64,000 nucleotides of DNA. Origin: Acutalibacteraceae bacterium (lineage in GTDB: Bacteria; Bacillota; Clostridia; Oscillospirales; Acutalibacteraceae). The stretch is from the NCBI GenBank assembly GCA_045659145.1, contig JAZOWI010000023.1, positions 3,669 to 67,668 on the forward strand, written 5' to 3'. Numbering within the stretch: the stretch's first letter is position 1; each line of letters begins with the position of its first letter. The notes beneath the pieces are model-generated. The model was not told the DNA's origin, did no database searches, and saw nothing but the letters and a program-made list of their open reading frames with translations. This document shows positions 22,864 through 32,608 of this stretch, one piece after another. The position numbers were made by a program, and so were the translations under genes.

Positions 22864-24651
22864 TTACGCCAACTCGTTCTCGATCTTATCGATGTTGGCA
22901 TCCAGTACGCTGTACCAAGAATCTAGGTTGCTCTTCACCTTGGACTTGGAATCCGACGCCTCGTCGATCAAGGTGTACTGGATAGAAGCAGCGGTATACT
23001 CACCGCCGTAGGTCAGAACACCGATGGAGTTAAAGGACTGAATATCCTGCTCCCACATCCAATCCATAACCTCCCAACATTCATTCATGTTGTACAAGGT
23101 AGGATCGCGGTAGTTCTTGTCATCCAGGTAATAACGCAGATACCAGGCAGCCGCCTGCAACGTATCGCCGGAATTCTTCTTGCCGGTGGGGAAGCCCCAA
23201 ACCATACCCTCGCAGGAGGCTACGGGATCCATGCCGGCGGGAGACGGGAAGGGAACGACACCCCAAGAGCCCTCGGCCATATTCTTGGGAACGTAGTTCT
23301 CGCCCTTAGCCTGCATAAAGAAGGATCCGCCGCCAAACATAGCCGACTTACCGGAGAAGAAGGGAGTCGCAGCAGTGAAGGAAGTATCCACAACCTTGTA
23401 GTTGTAAATAACATCCCAAGCGTAATACCACGCTTCCAGCAGCTTCTCGTTCTTCACATTGTTCTTCAGACCGTTGATGTCGGACAGAACGAAGTCCTGA
23501 CCGGCAGACAGCATCCAGTAATTCTGATAGGTCAGAGACATACCGGTCTCACCCTTGGAGTTATCGGTACACTTCTGTGCGATCTCCAGGCAGGTATCCC
23601 AGTTCCAGTTGCCCTCTTTCCACAGCTGGGAAGGAGTCTTGGTAACGCCCTTTTGGGCCAGGATGTTCTTGTTGTAGAACATCACATAGTAGGTAGACAT
23701 AGCGGAACCAACCAGGTTGATACCGTAATACTCACCCTTGTAGGAGAACTGATCCATCATCTTCTTGGCGTAAACGGTATTGTCGCTGAAATCCCAACCG
23801 GTAGCGCTGATGGGCTGCATCAGCTTACGGGTGATGGGCTGGGGATACCATTCGTTGATGATCGCCGAGATGTTGGGAGAGTTCTGTGCCATAACCATGG
23901 CGGACAGACGGGTCTGATACTTGCCCAGCTCAGCAGTCTCGTAAGTAACGGTGCTGCCGGTCTTCTCCTTGTAGGTGTTGGCCTTGATCACATCGCCGCC
24001 ATCCGGGTACTTGTTCCACCAGATCAGCACCTTGATCTTCTTGTTCTTGGCGCTATCGGGAATCTTAGACCACAGATCATCCTCGGTACCGGCCGCAGGG
24101 GTGGTGTTGGTGGTGGTCTTAGTGGTCGTAGTAGACTTGGTAGAAGTAGTAGTCTTAATGGGGCCGGGACCGGTAGTGGGCTTAGTAGTCGACTTAGTAG
24201 TCGACTTGGTAGTCGACTTAGTGGTCGACTTGGTGGTCTTGGTGGTCTTGTCATTCTTCGCGGTGGACTTGGTGGTCTTGGTGGTCTTGTCGTCCTTCGC
24301 GGTAGACTTTGTGGTCTTGGTGGTCTTGTCGTCCTTCTTAGTGGTGGTGGTGTTATCCGACACATCACCGGTGGTATCGGTGCTCTCGTCGGAAACGTCA
24401 CCACTCTCGTCAGAGACATCCGAAGACTCGTCGGTCATATCGGTGCTCTCGTCGGTGGGATCACCACTCTCGTCGGTGGAATCGGTGCTGTCGTCCGGAA
24501 TCAGCTGAGAATTGTCATCCACGCTGGTGCCGGTCGAAACATCGTCATTTCTGCTGGGATCCGGCTCAGGCTTGTTGCCGCAACCAACCAAGGTCAGCAG
24601 CATCACAAACACCAGCAGCGTCGCCAGCAGAGCAGAAAAACTTTTTTTCAC
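22864..24651 (-). CDS. Extracellular solute-binding lipoprotein (ABC, family 1 / CUT1-type), paralogue 1, with ~170-aa low-complexity tether
   Basis: GTG start with an AGGAGG RBS. Lipobox LTLVGC. D/S/T/E-rich then K/T/S-rich linker. SBP_bac_1-like body (KVLIWW..., NSPNISAIINEWYPQ). Confidence 0.85.
   Translation of the reverse strand: MKKSFSALLATLLVFVMLLTLVGCGNKPEPDPSRNDDVSTGTSVDDNSQLIPDDSTDSTDESGDPTDESTDMTDESSDVSDESGDVSDESTDTTGDVSDNTTTTKKDDKTTKTTKSTAKDDKTTKTTKSTAKNDKTTKTTKSTTKSTTKSTTKSTTKPTTGPGPIKTTTSTKSTTTTKTTTNTTPAAGTEDDLWSKIPDSAKNKKIKVLIWWNKYPDGGDVIKANTYKEKTGSTVTYETAELGKYQTRLSAMVMAQNSPNISAIINEWYPQPITRKLMQPISATGWDFSDNTVYAKKMMDQFSYKGEYYGINLVGSAMSTYYVMFYNKNILAQKGVTKTPSQLWKEGNWNWDTCLEIAQKCTDNSKGETGMSLTYQNYWMLSAGQDFVLSDINGLKNNVKNEKLLEAWYYAWDVIYNYKVVDTSFTAATPFFSGKSAMFGGGSFFMQAKGENYVPKNMAEGSWGVVPFPSPAGMDPVASCEGMVWGFPTGKKNSGDTLQAAAWYLRYYLDDKNYRDPTLYNMNECWEVMDWMWEQDIQSFNSIGVLTYGGEYTAASIQYTLIDEASDSKSKVKSNLDSWYSVLDANIDKIENELA
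24181..24228 (-). repeat. 12-nt coding tandem repeat x4 (TKST units) in the SBP1 linker
   Basis: CTT(A/G)GT(A/G)GTCGA repeated at 24181, 24193, 24205 and 24217, encoding (TKST)4 on the minus strand. Confidence 0.9.
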
Positions 24652-24681
24652 TGGATTGTCCTCCTTACAAAATATCTTAAA

Positions 24682-24719
24682 CAGGGCCCCGACCTGTTCG
24701 CTCCGTTATCGGAGCCCTG
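24682..24719 (-). terminator. Inter-cistronic hairpin between SBP2 and SBP1
   Basis: CAGGGCCCCGA (24682-24692) / TCGGAGCCCTG (24709-24719) with one mismatch. On the minus strand it is followed by GTTTAAGATATTTTGTAAGGAGG. Confidence 0.45.
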
Positions 24720-24756
24720 CTTAATACAAACAAAGTATCCAGAACGGACAAAGGGA

Positions 24757-26526
24757 TTACGCCAACTCGTTAACGATCTTATCGATGTTGGCATCCAGCA
24801 CACTGTACCAAGAATCCAGGTTGCTCTTCACCTTGGACTTGGAATCCGACGCTTCGTCGATCAAGGTGTACTGGATAGAAGCAGCACTATACTCACCGCC
24901 GTAGGTCAGAACACCGATGGAGTTAAAGGACTGAATATTCTGCTTCCACATCCAATCCATAACCTCCCAGCACTCGTTCGTGGGATAATAATCGGGGCTG
25001 GCATACTGCTTGTCATCCAGGAAGTAACGCAGATACCACATAGCGGCATCCAGCGTGTCACCGGAATTCTTCTTGCCGGTAGCAAAGCCCCAAACGGTAC
25101 CCTCGCAAGCGGCTACGGGATCCATGCCGGCGGGAGACGGGAAGGGAACGACACCCCAGGAGCCTTCGGGCATATTCTGAGGAACGTAGTTGGAACGGCT
25201 GGCCTCAGCCTGCATGAAGTAGGAACCACCGCCGAACATAGCCGCCTTACCGGCAAAGAAGGGAGTCGCAGCAGTGAAGGAAGTATCCACAACCTTGTAG
25301 TTGTAAATAACATCCCAAGCGTAATACCACGCCTCCAGCAGCTTCTCGCTCTTCACATTGTTCTTCAAACCGTTAATGTCGGACAGAACGAAGTCCTGAC
25401 CGGCAGACAGCATCCAGTAGTTCTGATAGGTCAGGGTCATACCGGTCTCGCCCTTGGTGTTGTTGGTACACTTCTGCGCGATCTCCAGGCAGGTATCCCA
25501 GTTCCAGTTGCCCTCTTTCCACAGCTGGGAAGGAGTCTTGGTAACGCCCTTTTGGGCCAGGATGTTCTTGTTGTAGAACATAACCTCGAAGGTGCTCATG
25601 GTGGAGCCCTTCAGCGCGATACCGTAGTACTCGCCCTTGTAAGCGAACTGCTCCATCATGTTAGTGGCATAGATATCATCGGTATAATCCCAACCGGTAT
25701 TCTTGGTGGGCTGGATCAGCTTACGGGTGATGGGCTGGGGATACCACTCGTTGATGATGGCGGCCAGATTGGGGGAGTTCTGCGCCATAACCATAGCAGA
25801 CAGACGGGTCTGATACTTACCCAACTCGGCGGTCTCGTAAGTAACGGTGATGCCGGTCTCCTGCTTGAAGGTGTCAGCCTTAACCTGATCCTCGGTGCCC
25901 TTGGTCCACCAGATCAGCATCTTGACCTTCTTGCCGGACAGTTTCTCCGGAACCTGGGTCAGTACGTTATCCTTGTCACTGTCATCCATCGTAGTCTTGG
26001 TTACAGACTCGGTGGTGGTAGCTTTGGTGGAAGTAGTGGTCTTAATGGGGCCGGGACCGGGCTTAGTAGTCGACTTAGTGGTCGACTTAGTGGTCGACTT
26101 GGTGGTCGATTTGGTGGTCGATTTGGTGGTCTTGTCATTCTTCACGGTGGACTTGGTGGTCTTGGTGGTCTTGTCGTCCTTCGCAGTAGACTTGGTAGTC
26201 TTGTCGTCCTTCTTAGTGGTGGTGGTGTTATCCGACACATCACCGGTGGTATCGGTGCTCTCGTCGGAAACGTCACCACTCTCATCAGAGACATCCAAAG
26301 AGTCATCGGTCATCTCGGTGCTCTCGTCGGTAGAATCACCGCTCTCGTCGGTGGAGTCGGTGGTGTCATCAGGAATCAGTTCGGAATTGTCATCCACGCT
26401 GGTGCCGGTAGACACGTCGTTGTCCTTGCTGGGATCCGGCTCGGGCTTGTTGCCGCAACCGACCAAAGTCAGCAGCATCACAAACACCATCAGAATCGCC
26501 AGCAGAGCAGAAAAACTTTTTTTCAC
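24757..26526 (-). CDS. Extracellular solute-binding lipoprotein, paralogue 2
   Basis: GTG start, lipobox LTLVGC, and the same linker architecture. The C-terminal ~80 codons are about 93% identical to SBP1 at nucleotide level by eye. Confidence 0.85.
   Translation of the reverse strand: MKKSFSALLAILMVFVMLLTLVGCGNKPEPDPSKDNDVSTGTSVDDNSELIPDDTTDSTDESGDSTDESTEMTDDSLDVSDESGDVSDESTDTTGDVSDNTTTTKKDDKTTKSTAKDDKTTKTTKSTVKNDKTTKSTTKSTTKSTTKSTTKSTTKPGPGPIKTTTSTKATTTESVTKTTMDDSDKDNVLTQVPEKLSGKKVKMLIWWTKGTEDQVKADTFKQETGITVTYETAELGKYQTRLSAMVMAQNSPNLAAIINEWYPQPITRKLIQPTKNTGWDYTDDIYATNMMEQFAYKGEYYGIALKGSTMSTFEVMFYNKNILAQKGVTKTPSQLWKEGNWNWDTCLEIAQKCTNNTKGETGMTLTYQNYWMLSAGQDFVLSDINGLKNNVKSEKLLEAWYYAWDVIYNYKVVDTSFTAATPFFAGKAAMFGGGSYFMQAEASRSNYVPQNMPEGSWGVVPFPSPAGMDPVAACEGTVWGFATGKKNSGDTLDAAMWYLRYFLDDKQYASPDYYPTNECWEVMDWMWKQNIQSFNSIGVLTYGGEYSAASIQYTLIDEASDSKSKVKSNLDSWYSVLDANIDKIVNELA
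26062..26121 (-). repeat. 12-nt coding tandem repeat x5 in the SBP2 linker
   Basis: Five consecutive (C/T)TT(A/G)GT(A/G)GTCGA units encoding (TKST)5. Confidence 0.9.
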
Positions 26527-26558
26527 TGGGTTGTCCTCCTTGTAAAATATCTTAAACA

Positions 26559-26591
26559 GGACTCCGTTCGGTTACTCCATTTCCGGAGTCC
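26559..26591 (-). terminator. Inter-cistronic hairpin between SBP3 and SBP2
   Basis: GGACTCCG (26559-26566) / CGGAGTCC (26584-26591). On the minus strand it is followed by GTTTAAGATATTTTACAAGGAGG. Confidence 0.45.
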
Positions 26592-26626
26592 CATTTAATC
26601 CAAATGAATGGGGAATGCGTCAGAAA

Positions 26627-28417
26627 TTAAGCCAATTCGTTCTCAATTTTCTCAATGTTGGCATCCAGCACACTGTACCAAGAATCCAGGTTGCTCTTCA
26701 CCTTAGACTTGGAATCCGACGCCTCGTCAATCAAGGTGTACTGGATAGAAGCAGCAGTATACTCACCGCCGTAGGTCAGAACACCGATGGAGTTGAAGGA
26801 GCGAATATCCTGCTTCCACATCCAATCCATAACCTCCCAGCACTCGTTGGTGGGATAGTAGTCGGCGCTGGCATACTGCTTGTCATCCAAGAAGTAACGC
26901 AGATACCACATAGCGGCATCCAGCGTATCGCCGGCATTCTTCTTGCCGGTGGGGAAGCCCCAAACGGTACCCTGGCAAGCGGCTACGGGATCCATGTCGG
27001 CGGGAGACGGGAAGGGAACGACACCCCAAGAGCCTTCGGGCATATTCTGAGGAACGTAGGTGGTACGCAACGGATCTGCCTGCATCGCAAAAGAGCCGGT
27101 ACCGTACATAGCCGACTTGCCGCTATAGAAAGGAGCCGAAGAGGTAAAGGAAGTATCCACAACCTTGTAGGTGTAGATCATATCCCAAGCGTAATTCCAC
27201 GCTTCCAGCAGCTTCTCGCTCTTCACATTGTTCTTCAGACCGTTAATGTCGGACAGAACGAAGTCCTGACCGGCAGACAGCATCCAGTAGTTGATGTAGG
27301 TCACGGTGATACCCGTCTCGCCCTTGGAGTTATTGGTGCACTTCTGCGCGATCTCCAGGCAGGTATCCCAGTTCCAGTTGCCCTCATTCCACAGCTGGGA
27401 AGGAGTCTTGGTAACGCCCTTCTGCGCCAGGATGTTCTTGTTGTAGAACATAACCATAAAGGTACTCATGGTGGAGCCCTTCAAAGCGATACCGTAGTAT
27501 TCGCCCTTGTAAGCGAACTGCTCCATCATGTTAGTGGCGTAGATCTCATCGGTATAATCCCAACCGGTATTCTTGATGGGCTGCATCAGCTTACGGGTGA
27601 TGGGCTGGGGATACCACTCGTTGATGATGGCAGACAGGTTAGGAGAGTTCTGCGCCATAACCATAGCAGACAGACGGGTCTGATACTTGCTCATCTCTGC
27701 CGTCTCGTAAGTAACGGTGATGCCGGTCTCATCCTTAAAGGTCTTTGCCTTCAACTCATCCTCTTCGCCCTTGGTCCACCAGATCAGCATCTTGACCTTC
27801 TTGCCGGACAAGCTGTCGGGAACCTGCGTCAGCACGTTATCCTTATCGCTGTCATTCATTGTGGTCTTGGTCACAGACTGAGTGGTAGAGGTAGTAGTGG
27901 AAGCCGTGGTCTTAATGGGACCGGGCTTGTTGCCGGAATTAGTGGTGGACTTGGTGGTGGACTTGGTGGTCGACTTAGTGGTCGACTTGGTGGTCGACTT
28001 AGTGGTCTTGTCATTCTTCGCGGTGGACTTGGTGGTCTTGGTGGTCTTGTCGTCCTTCGCAGTGGACTTGGTAGAAGACTTGGTGGTCGACTTGTCGTCC
28101 TTCTTGGTCGTGGTGGTGTTGTCCGACACGTCACCGGTGGTATCGGTGCTCTCGTCGGAAACGTCACCGCTCTCGTCAGAAACATCCGAAGACTCGTCGG
28201 TCATATCGGTGCTCTCGTCGGTGGGGTCACCGCTCTCATCGGTGGAATCGGTGCTGTCGTCCGGCTCGACGGGATTCTCATCCACGCTGGTGCCGGTAGA
28301 CACGTCGTTGTCCTTGCTGGGATCCGGCTCGGGCTTGTTGCCGCAGCCGACCAAAGTCAGCAGCATCACAAACACCATCAGAACCGCCAACAAACCGGAA
28401 AAATGTTTTTTGTTCAT
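26627..28417 (-). CDS. Extracellular solute-binding lipoprotein, paralogue 3
   Basis: ATG start with AAGGAGG RBS, lipobox LTLVGC, and the same tether and SBP body as paralogues 1 and 2. Confidence 0.85.
   Translation of the reverse strand: MNKKHFSGLLAVLMVFVMLLTLVGCGNKPEPDPSKDNDVSTGTSVDENPVEPDDSTDSTDESGDPTDESTDMTDESSDVSDESGDVSDESTDTTGDVSDNTTTTKKDDKSTTKSSTKSTAKDDKTTKTTKSTAKNDKTTKSTTKSTTKSTTKSTTKSTTNSGNKPGPIKTTASTTTSTTQSVTKTTMNDSDKDNVLTQVPDSLSGKKVKMLIWWTKGEEDELKAKTFKDETGITVTYETAEMSKYQTRLSAMVMAQNSPNLSAIINEWYPQPITRKLMQPIKNTGWDYTDEIYATNMMEQFAYKGEYYGIALKGSTMSTFMVMFYNKNILAQKGVTKTPSQLWNEGNWNWDTCLEIAQKCTNNSKGETGITVTYINYWMLSAGQDFVLSDINGLKNNVKSEKLLEAWNYAWDMIYTYKVVDTSFTSSAPFYSGKSAMYGTGSFAMQADPLRTTYVPQNMPEGSWGVVPFPSPADMDPVAACQGTVWGFPTGKKNAGDTLDAAMWYLRYFLDDKQYASADYYPTNECWEVMDWMWKQDIRSFNSIGVLTYGGEYTAASIQYTLIDEASDSKSKVKSNLDSWYSVLDANIEKIENELA
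27939..27998 (-). repeat. 12-nt coding tandem repeat x5 in the SBP3 linker
   Basis: Five units of (A/C)TT(A/G)GTGGT(G/C)GA encoding (TKST)5. Confidence 0.85.
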
Positions 28418-28844
28418 TCTTGCGTCCTCCTTATGATTTTATAATAAGCCATAGCTTAGGTGCAGAAAATACTCCGGCAATTAACCGGTCCACTCCTCCG
28501 TACACATCGCCTCCAACAGCATTGTGTAACCGTATTTTGATACAGCTCAAACACGTTAATAAGCTAAGCGAAAGAAGGGCTATATCGGTCAAAAAAGTGG
28601 CAAAATACAGCCATTTTTCCGTTTTATTCGACAAACGCCCACACTAACGCTATTTTGCATTATCATCTTATCATAAATGGATTTTTTTGCAATAGCAATT
28701 CATAAGGATTTGTATCAACTTTTAATGATTTTACAAAATCGAACATAAAAATTTTAATAACGATGTCCAAACCATTATATGCACATATAATGGGCTAAAA
28801 CTCCCTTTCCTCTGTCCTTGTCTTCCCCCTGCAAAATGCCCATA

Positions 28845-28880
28845 ATAACGATCGGGCACGGCCGAAGCCGTGCCCGAAAG
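28845..28880 (-). terminator. Terminator hairpin after the 28902-30611 gene
   Basis: CGGGCACGGC (28853-28862) / GCCGTGCCCG (28867-28876) with a weak U-tract. It is a sequence homologue of the hairpin at 32683-32706. Confidence 0.55.
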
Positions 28881-28901
28881 CGGTTAAACATTTCTTATGT
28901 T

Positions 28902-30611
28902 TCAATTCCAGTCCGAACGACCATCGCTGTCAACAAACACCTCTTGATAACAACTTTTGATAATATCACCGTAAACACAGATGTCTTTTCCTTTATGTCG
29001 GAAAACATAATAGGGCCGCACGTAGATATTTGACTCCGTATGGGCAAACGGAATGTTTATAATGCGTACCGCATATTCTGCTTTTCCTTTGGCCACCGAA
29101 ATCCCCTTTTCGGCAACAGCATTTACCATTCTGCTACCGTCAACTCGGTCGATCACCATATGCTCGGGAGAGGCCTTATCTGCACTGTTACAGATTAATG
29201 CACCCATAGAAACAAGCGGATACATATTACCGTCACTCAGCGCATCTACCGTGGCGTTGATATAATCCAGCGTGTAGGACTCAGCGATGGACAAGCCCTC
29301 CACAGGCAATTCCATACGGAACGCCAGCTTGTATTGACGCTGAGTTTCGGGCAAATGACTCTGTTCTGCAGAATCCGAAATGCTGACGCCGGTATGGATA
29401 GGTTTCAAAGTAGGGATGATTTCCACTTCGGGTTCGGTGGAAATACCGTCTCCGGACTTAAACAAGCGGAAATCGTCCAACAGCACCTCGCCGCCCTTGT
29501 CCTGAATGACAAAGCCGACCTGCTTGAACACCTTGGAATCAAACTTAATACTGGTTATTTGCCAATCCGTTTTCGAATTGAGAGATATGGTCCGAAACGC
29601 CTTTGGCAGTTCAATGTTGTCATCCACCAATTTTATAGAGCCGTTACCGGTTTTGGTTACTTTGTACTTGAAGGTGAGGGTATAGGTGGTATTAGGTTCA
29701 ACCTTCAACCATTTAAAATAATGCAGACCAATGGGATTCACCGAGCTGTATTTCATTACACGCCCCTGATCGCCACCCACCTTGTCGAAGGACATAAAAC
29801 CATTGTTCCAACCGCTGCTGGTCTTGGTCCAAAACTCGGTTGACCGGTCGCCGATCATATTGGCATCGGGAATCAGGTTGTTCTCATCAGCGCAATACTT
29901 ATTGTCGCCGGAATTTGCGGCCGTAAGCGAAGTGGTTAACCGCTCACCCTTGTAGGTCTTTGATTTAGTAGAGAGAAAACTATTGGTGCGATGCAGTGCC
30001 ATATCATCGAAATACATCTCGGAAGAATAACCGTAGATGCCGATGGTAACAGAGGAAGACGAAGCCTTAAACTGGACACTGCGCAGATGCCATTTGTTAT
30101 CGGTGGCGGTGGAGCGGATCTGCTCCGTATCCCACGACACATGACCGAGATAGCTGTCTGTCATTTTTGCGAAAGCATCCTTGCCCGCATCGGGGTCCAT
30201 CACACCAATAGAGGCCTTGGCTTTGTTTGCAGCGCTCAAATACGGTGTCTTTACCCAAACCGAGAAAATGTAAGTCTGGTTTTTGGATAGACCCGATACC
30301 GTGAACTTACGCCAAGAGGGAGTAGCGGACGTATTTTTGTAGCAAAGCACTTTGCTCCCCTCAGGGGCGGTAGGATCACTCGTGACATAAAGGAGGCCAT
30401 CCTTTAAAAAAGTGTCGGTATTCCATTGACCATCACTCGTGGATTCAAAGCCACCGTTTTTAATGGAGTTGTTGCTTGAAGAACTGGGGCGGTTGGTTTC
30501 CACGCCAAAGTCGCTCAGAGAAAGAGCGCCAGCCTCCACCGAAAAGGTCATCAACAACACAAGCGCCGCACAAAAGGAAAGGGCTTTTTTCACATAGTTC
30601 ATTCGTTTCAT
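28902..30611 (-). CDS. Secreted protein: signal peptide, conserved tandem CBM-like pair, unassigned C-terminal domain
   Basis: Signal peptide MKRMNYVKKALSFCAALVLLMTFSVEAGA. Modules NGGFESTSDGQWNTD...MYFDDMALH and YCADENNLIPD...VLLDDFRLFK. C-terminal AEKGISVAKGKAEYAVRIINIP...IYVRPYYVF...VYGDII. Confidence 0.8.
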   Translation of the reverse strand: MKRMNYVKKALSFCAALVLLMTFSVEAGALSLSDFGVETNRPSSSSNNSIKNGGFESTSDGQWNTDTFLKDGLLYVTSDPTAPEGSKVLCYKNTSATPSWRKFTVSGLSKNQTYIFSVWVKTPYLSAANKAKASIGVMDPDAGKDAFAKMTDSYLGHVSWDTEQIRSTATDNKWHLRSVQFKASSSSVTIGIYGYSSEMYFDDMALHRTNSFLSTKSKTYKGERLTTSLTAANSGDNKYCADENNLIPDANMIGDRSTEFWTKTSSGWNNGFMSFDKVGGDQGRVMKYSSVNPIGLHYFKWLKVEPNTTYTLTFKYKVTKTGNGSIKLVDDNIELPKAFRTISLNSKTDWQITSIKFDSKVFKQVGFVIQDKGGEVLLDDFRLFKSGDGISTEPEVEIIPTLKPIHTGVSISDSAEQSHLPETQRQYKLAFRMELPVEGLSIAESYTLDYINATVDALSDGNMYPLVSMGALICNSADKASPEHMVIDRVDGSRMVNAVAEKGISVAKGKAEYAVRIINIPFAHTESNIYVRPYYVFRHKGKDICVYGDIIKSCYQEVFVDSDGRSDWN

Positions 30612-30626
30612 ACGCTCCCCTCCCCC

Positions 30627-32558
30627 TTAGCTTTCTACCTGATACAGACAGAAGTCGTCAACGGCAAACTGACCGGGATTGGCATCGTCGTTTGCCTGAA
30701 AGCGGAAATCGATGGTGGTATAATTTCCGGAATTAAAGGTAGCCTCGCAATAGACCCAATCCGTGTTCGTATGGCTAAAGAAAATACAACCGGCATTAAT
30801 ATTCGTATTGCCGTTCTTGGTAAACAGCGCATATCGACCGGAACCGGAAATGCGCTTTACCCAGAAAGAAACGGTATAACTGGTATTCTTCTTTACAGAG
30901 ATGCTCCTGTTGGCACACTCCGTCCAGACACCGCCGCTGGCTTTGAGCCGCAGAGACTTGGATCCGTTGTGAGCGTAAGCAGACGTAACCTCACCGTAGT
31001 TGGATTGAATGTTCCAGCCGGTGTTGCCACTCTCAAAGCCGCCATTGGTGGCCATATTGGTGGGCGGTGTCATATGGTTGCTGTACGAGGTGTGTCCATT
31101 CACCGTCACACGATACTGCACCGACGATCCCCCCACGCCGGTGTCCTGATAAGAATACCGATATCCACCCGTAGAGGCGTCTGCGACTGCTCCGCTGTTC
31201 TGGGTCACGGTAGTCCAAGCGCCGCCGTCTACGGAGCGCTCCAATTTATAAGTGGTGACACCTTTAGGCTGAATCCAATACACAGGACTGACGCCATCGT
31301 AATACAACATCGACGGCTTGCCGGTCACATAGGTGCCCGGCCGTTTAGAAGCACGATATTCCTCGATGTAATAGTATTGTTCATAAGTAGCCGAACGGAA
31401 ATCGTAGACCGTAGTGGCACCGTTCTTCAACAGATGATGACCGCCGCCATCGCGACCCGTAGGTTCCCAGGCCCACTGAATCCAACCGGCGTAATTATTG
31501 GACATAAACTTCTGTCGGAAGGTCTTCCATTTGCTGGCGAGGGAGGTGTCGTTGTAGTTGCTGCCATGATCCACGCCCCACTCGGTGGCCAGCATCGGAG
31601 CGGTAGCATAATATTGAGTCAGTTCGATGACGTTGGGGGTGTCCGAATACTGGTTGCGGCCTACCATATCGAAATTGCAGTCCGCATACATAGCGAAATT
31701 AGAGGTGTTGGTGGCAATGGTCACCGGGGTTTCAGGCATCATCTCTTTGATGGTATCGGTTACCGATTTAACAAAATGCACCGCATCCTCTTGGGTAACG
31801 CCGTAGGTTTCGCGGTCGCCCGTGGACTGATTACCCAACTGAGAATCGTTAATCTCGTTCTCGATCTCAACAGTGGAGCACATCATCGCCACCACGTCGG
31901 GGTACTCATTCAGCACCTCGCACACGGGCTTAACGAACTTCTCACAGTAGTTGGCAGTAATTTCGGGATTAGAATACATCTGGCACACAAAATACCAGAT
32001 ATCCAAATTACTGTATAGTACCGCCGCCGAGGTGTGGAAACACATAGCCCACAGCACCGGCATCTCCAACTCGCGGCACACATCCAGCAGGCGACGCATA
32101 TTGGTCAGATAAACGGGATCAACGCCCAACACGTCGCCGGTGTCCGGATCGTGAAGGATGCCCTCTCCCCAAGGAGAGCCTTCCAAACCAAGGATGTTGT
32201 ACCCCAAGGCTTTCAGATTGAATATCTCCCGCTTGATGTTGGAGATGCCATATTCGTCGATACCGATCTTATTGAAATCCTGCCAATAATCGGTTTGGCT
32301 TCCGTCTGTGTTGTAGAAACCGTCCAGCCGCTCGTTGTCAGGATTGGCCGCCAGACCGCTACCCAAATAGGTGTGGGTAAACCAAGGGTACCAGATACCC
32401 TCCAGATACGCATCCCGCTCGATGATGTCAAAGGCGGTAATATGCTCGTAATTCCGAGATGCTTCGCTGCCTGTGGCCACCATTGCGCCACAGCTGCTGC
32501 ACAGCAAGGCGACGGCGCACAGAATCGGTAAAAGCGCCTTTCTTCCGATGTTGCGCAT
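30627..32558 (-). CDS. Secreted putative glycoside hydrolase, clan GH-A-like (paralogue P2), plus Fn3-like/Asp-box module and 1 CBM-like module
   Basis: DIIERDAYLEGIWYPWFTH, VEIENEINDS, LATEWGVDHG, degenerate Asp-box SVDGGAWT, and a C-terminal NGGFESGNTGW module. Confidence 0.65.
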   Translation of the reverse strand: MRNIGRKALLPILCAVALLCSSCGAMVATGSEASRNYEHITAFDIIERDAYLEGIWYPWFTHTYLGSGLAANPDNERLDGFYNTDGSQTDYWQDFNKIGIDEYGISNIKREIFNLKALGYNILGLEGSPWGEGILHDPDTGDVLGVDPVYLTNMRRLLDVCRELEMPVLWAMCFHTSAAVLYSNLDIWYFVCQMYSNPEITANYCEKFVKPVCEVLNEYPDVVAMMCSTVEIENEINDSQLGNQSTGDRETYGVTQEDAVHFVKSVTDTIKEMMPETPVTIATNTSNFAMYADCNFDMVGRNQYSDTPNVIELTQYYATAPMLATEWGVDHGSNYNDTSLASKWKTFRQKFMSNNYAGWIQWAWEPTGRDGGGHHLLKNGATTVYDFRSATYEQYYYIEEYRASKRPGTYVTGKPSMLYYDGVSPVYWIQPKGVTTYKLERSVDGGAWTTVTQNSGAVADASTGGYRYSYQDTGVGGSSVQYRVTVNGHTSYSNHMTPPTNMATNGGFESGNTGWNIQSNYGEVTSAYAHNGSKSLRLKASGGVWTECANRSISVKKNTSYTVSFWVKRISGSGRYALFTKNGNTNINAGCIFFSHTNTDWVYCEATFNSGNYTTIDFRFQANDDANPGQFAVDDFCLYQVES

Positions 32559-32608
32559 ACATTCACTCTCCCTCTCCGTTTATACTTTTGGTTGCATTGT
32601 ATAGCATT

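Noticed and set aside
24181-24228. Short perfect tandem repeats that might suggest a CRISPR or minisatellite locus
   Set aside because: The 12-nt units are contiguous with no spacers, lie in frame inside the SBP genes and encode (TKST)n. They are coding VNTRs, not CRISPR.
23653-28444. 981-aa and 609-aa plus-strand ORFs spanning the SBP genes and even their intergenic regions
   Set aside because: They are antisense shadows of the three SBP genes, in the same register. The low-complexity GLGG/RLSG repeats are simply the complement of the TKST/DES linker codons.
28431-28634. 67-aa ORF with a hydrophobic stretch in the 480-bp region upstream of SBP3
   Set aside because: It has a TTG start, no RBS, and lies in AT-rich promoter/leader DNA. 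It is most likely spurious. I also could not define the SBP3 promoter confidently here. TTGCAA-16-TAAGAT at 28665-28692 is only a weak candidate.
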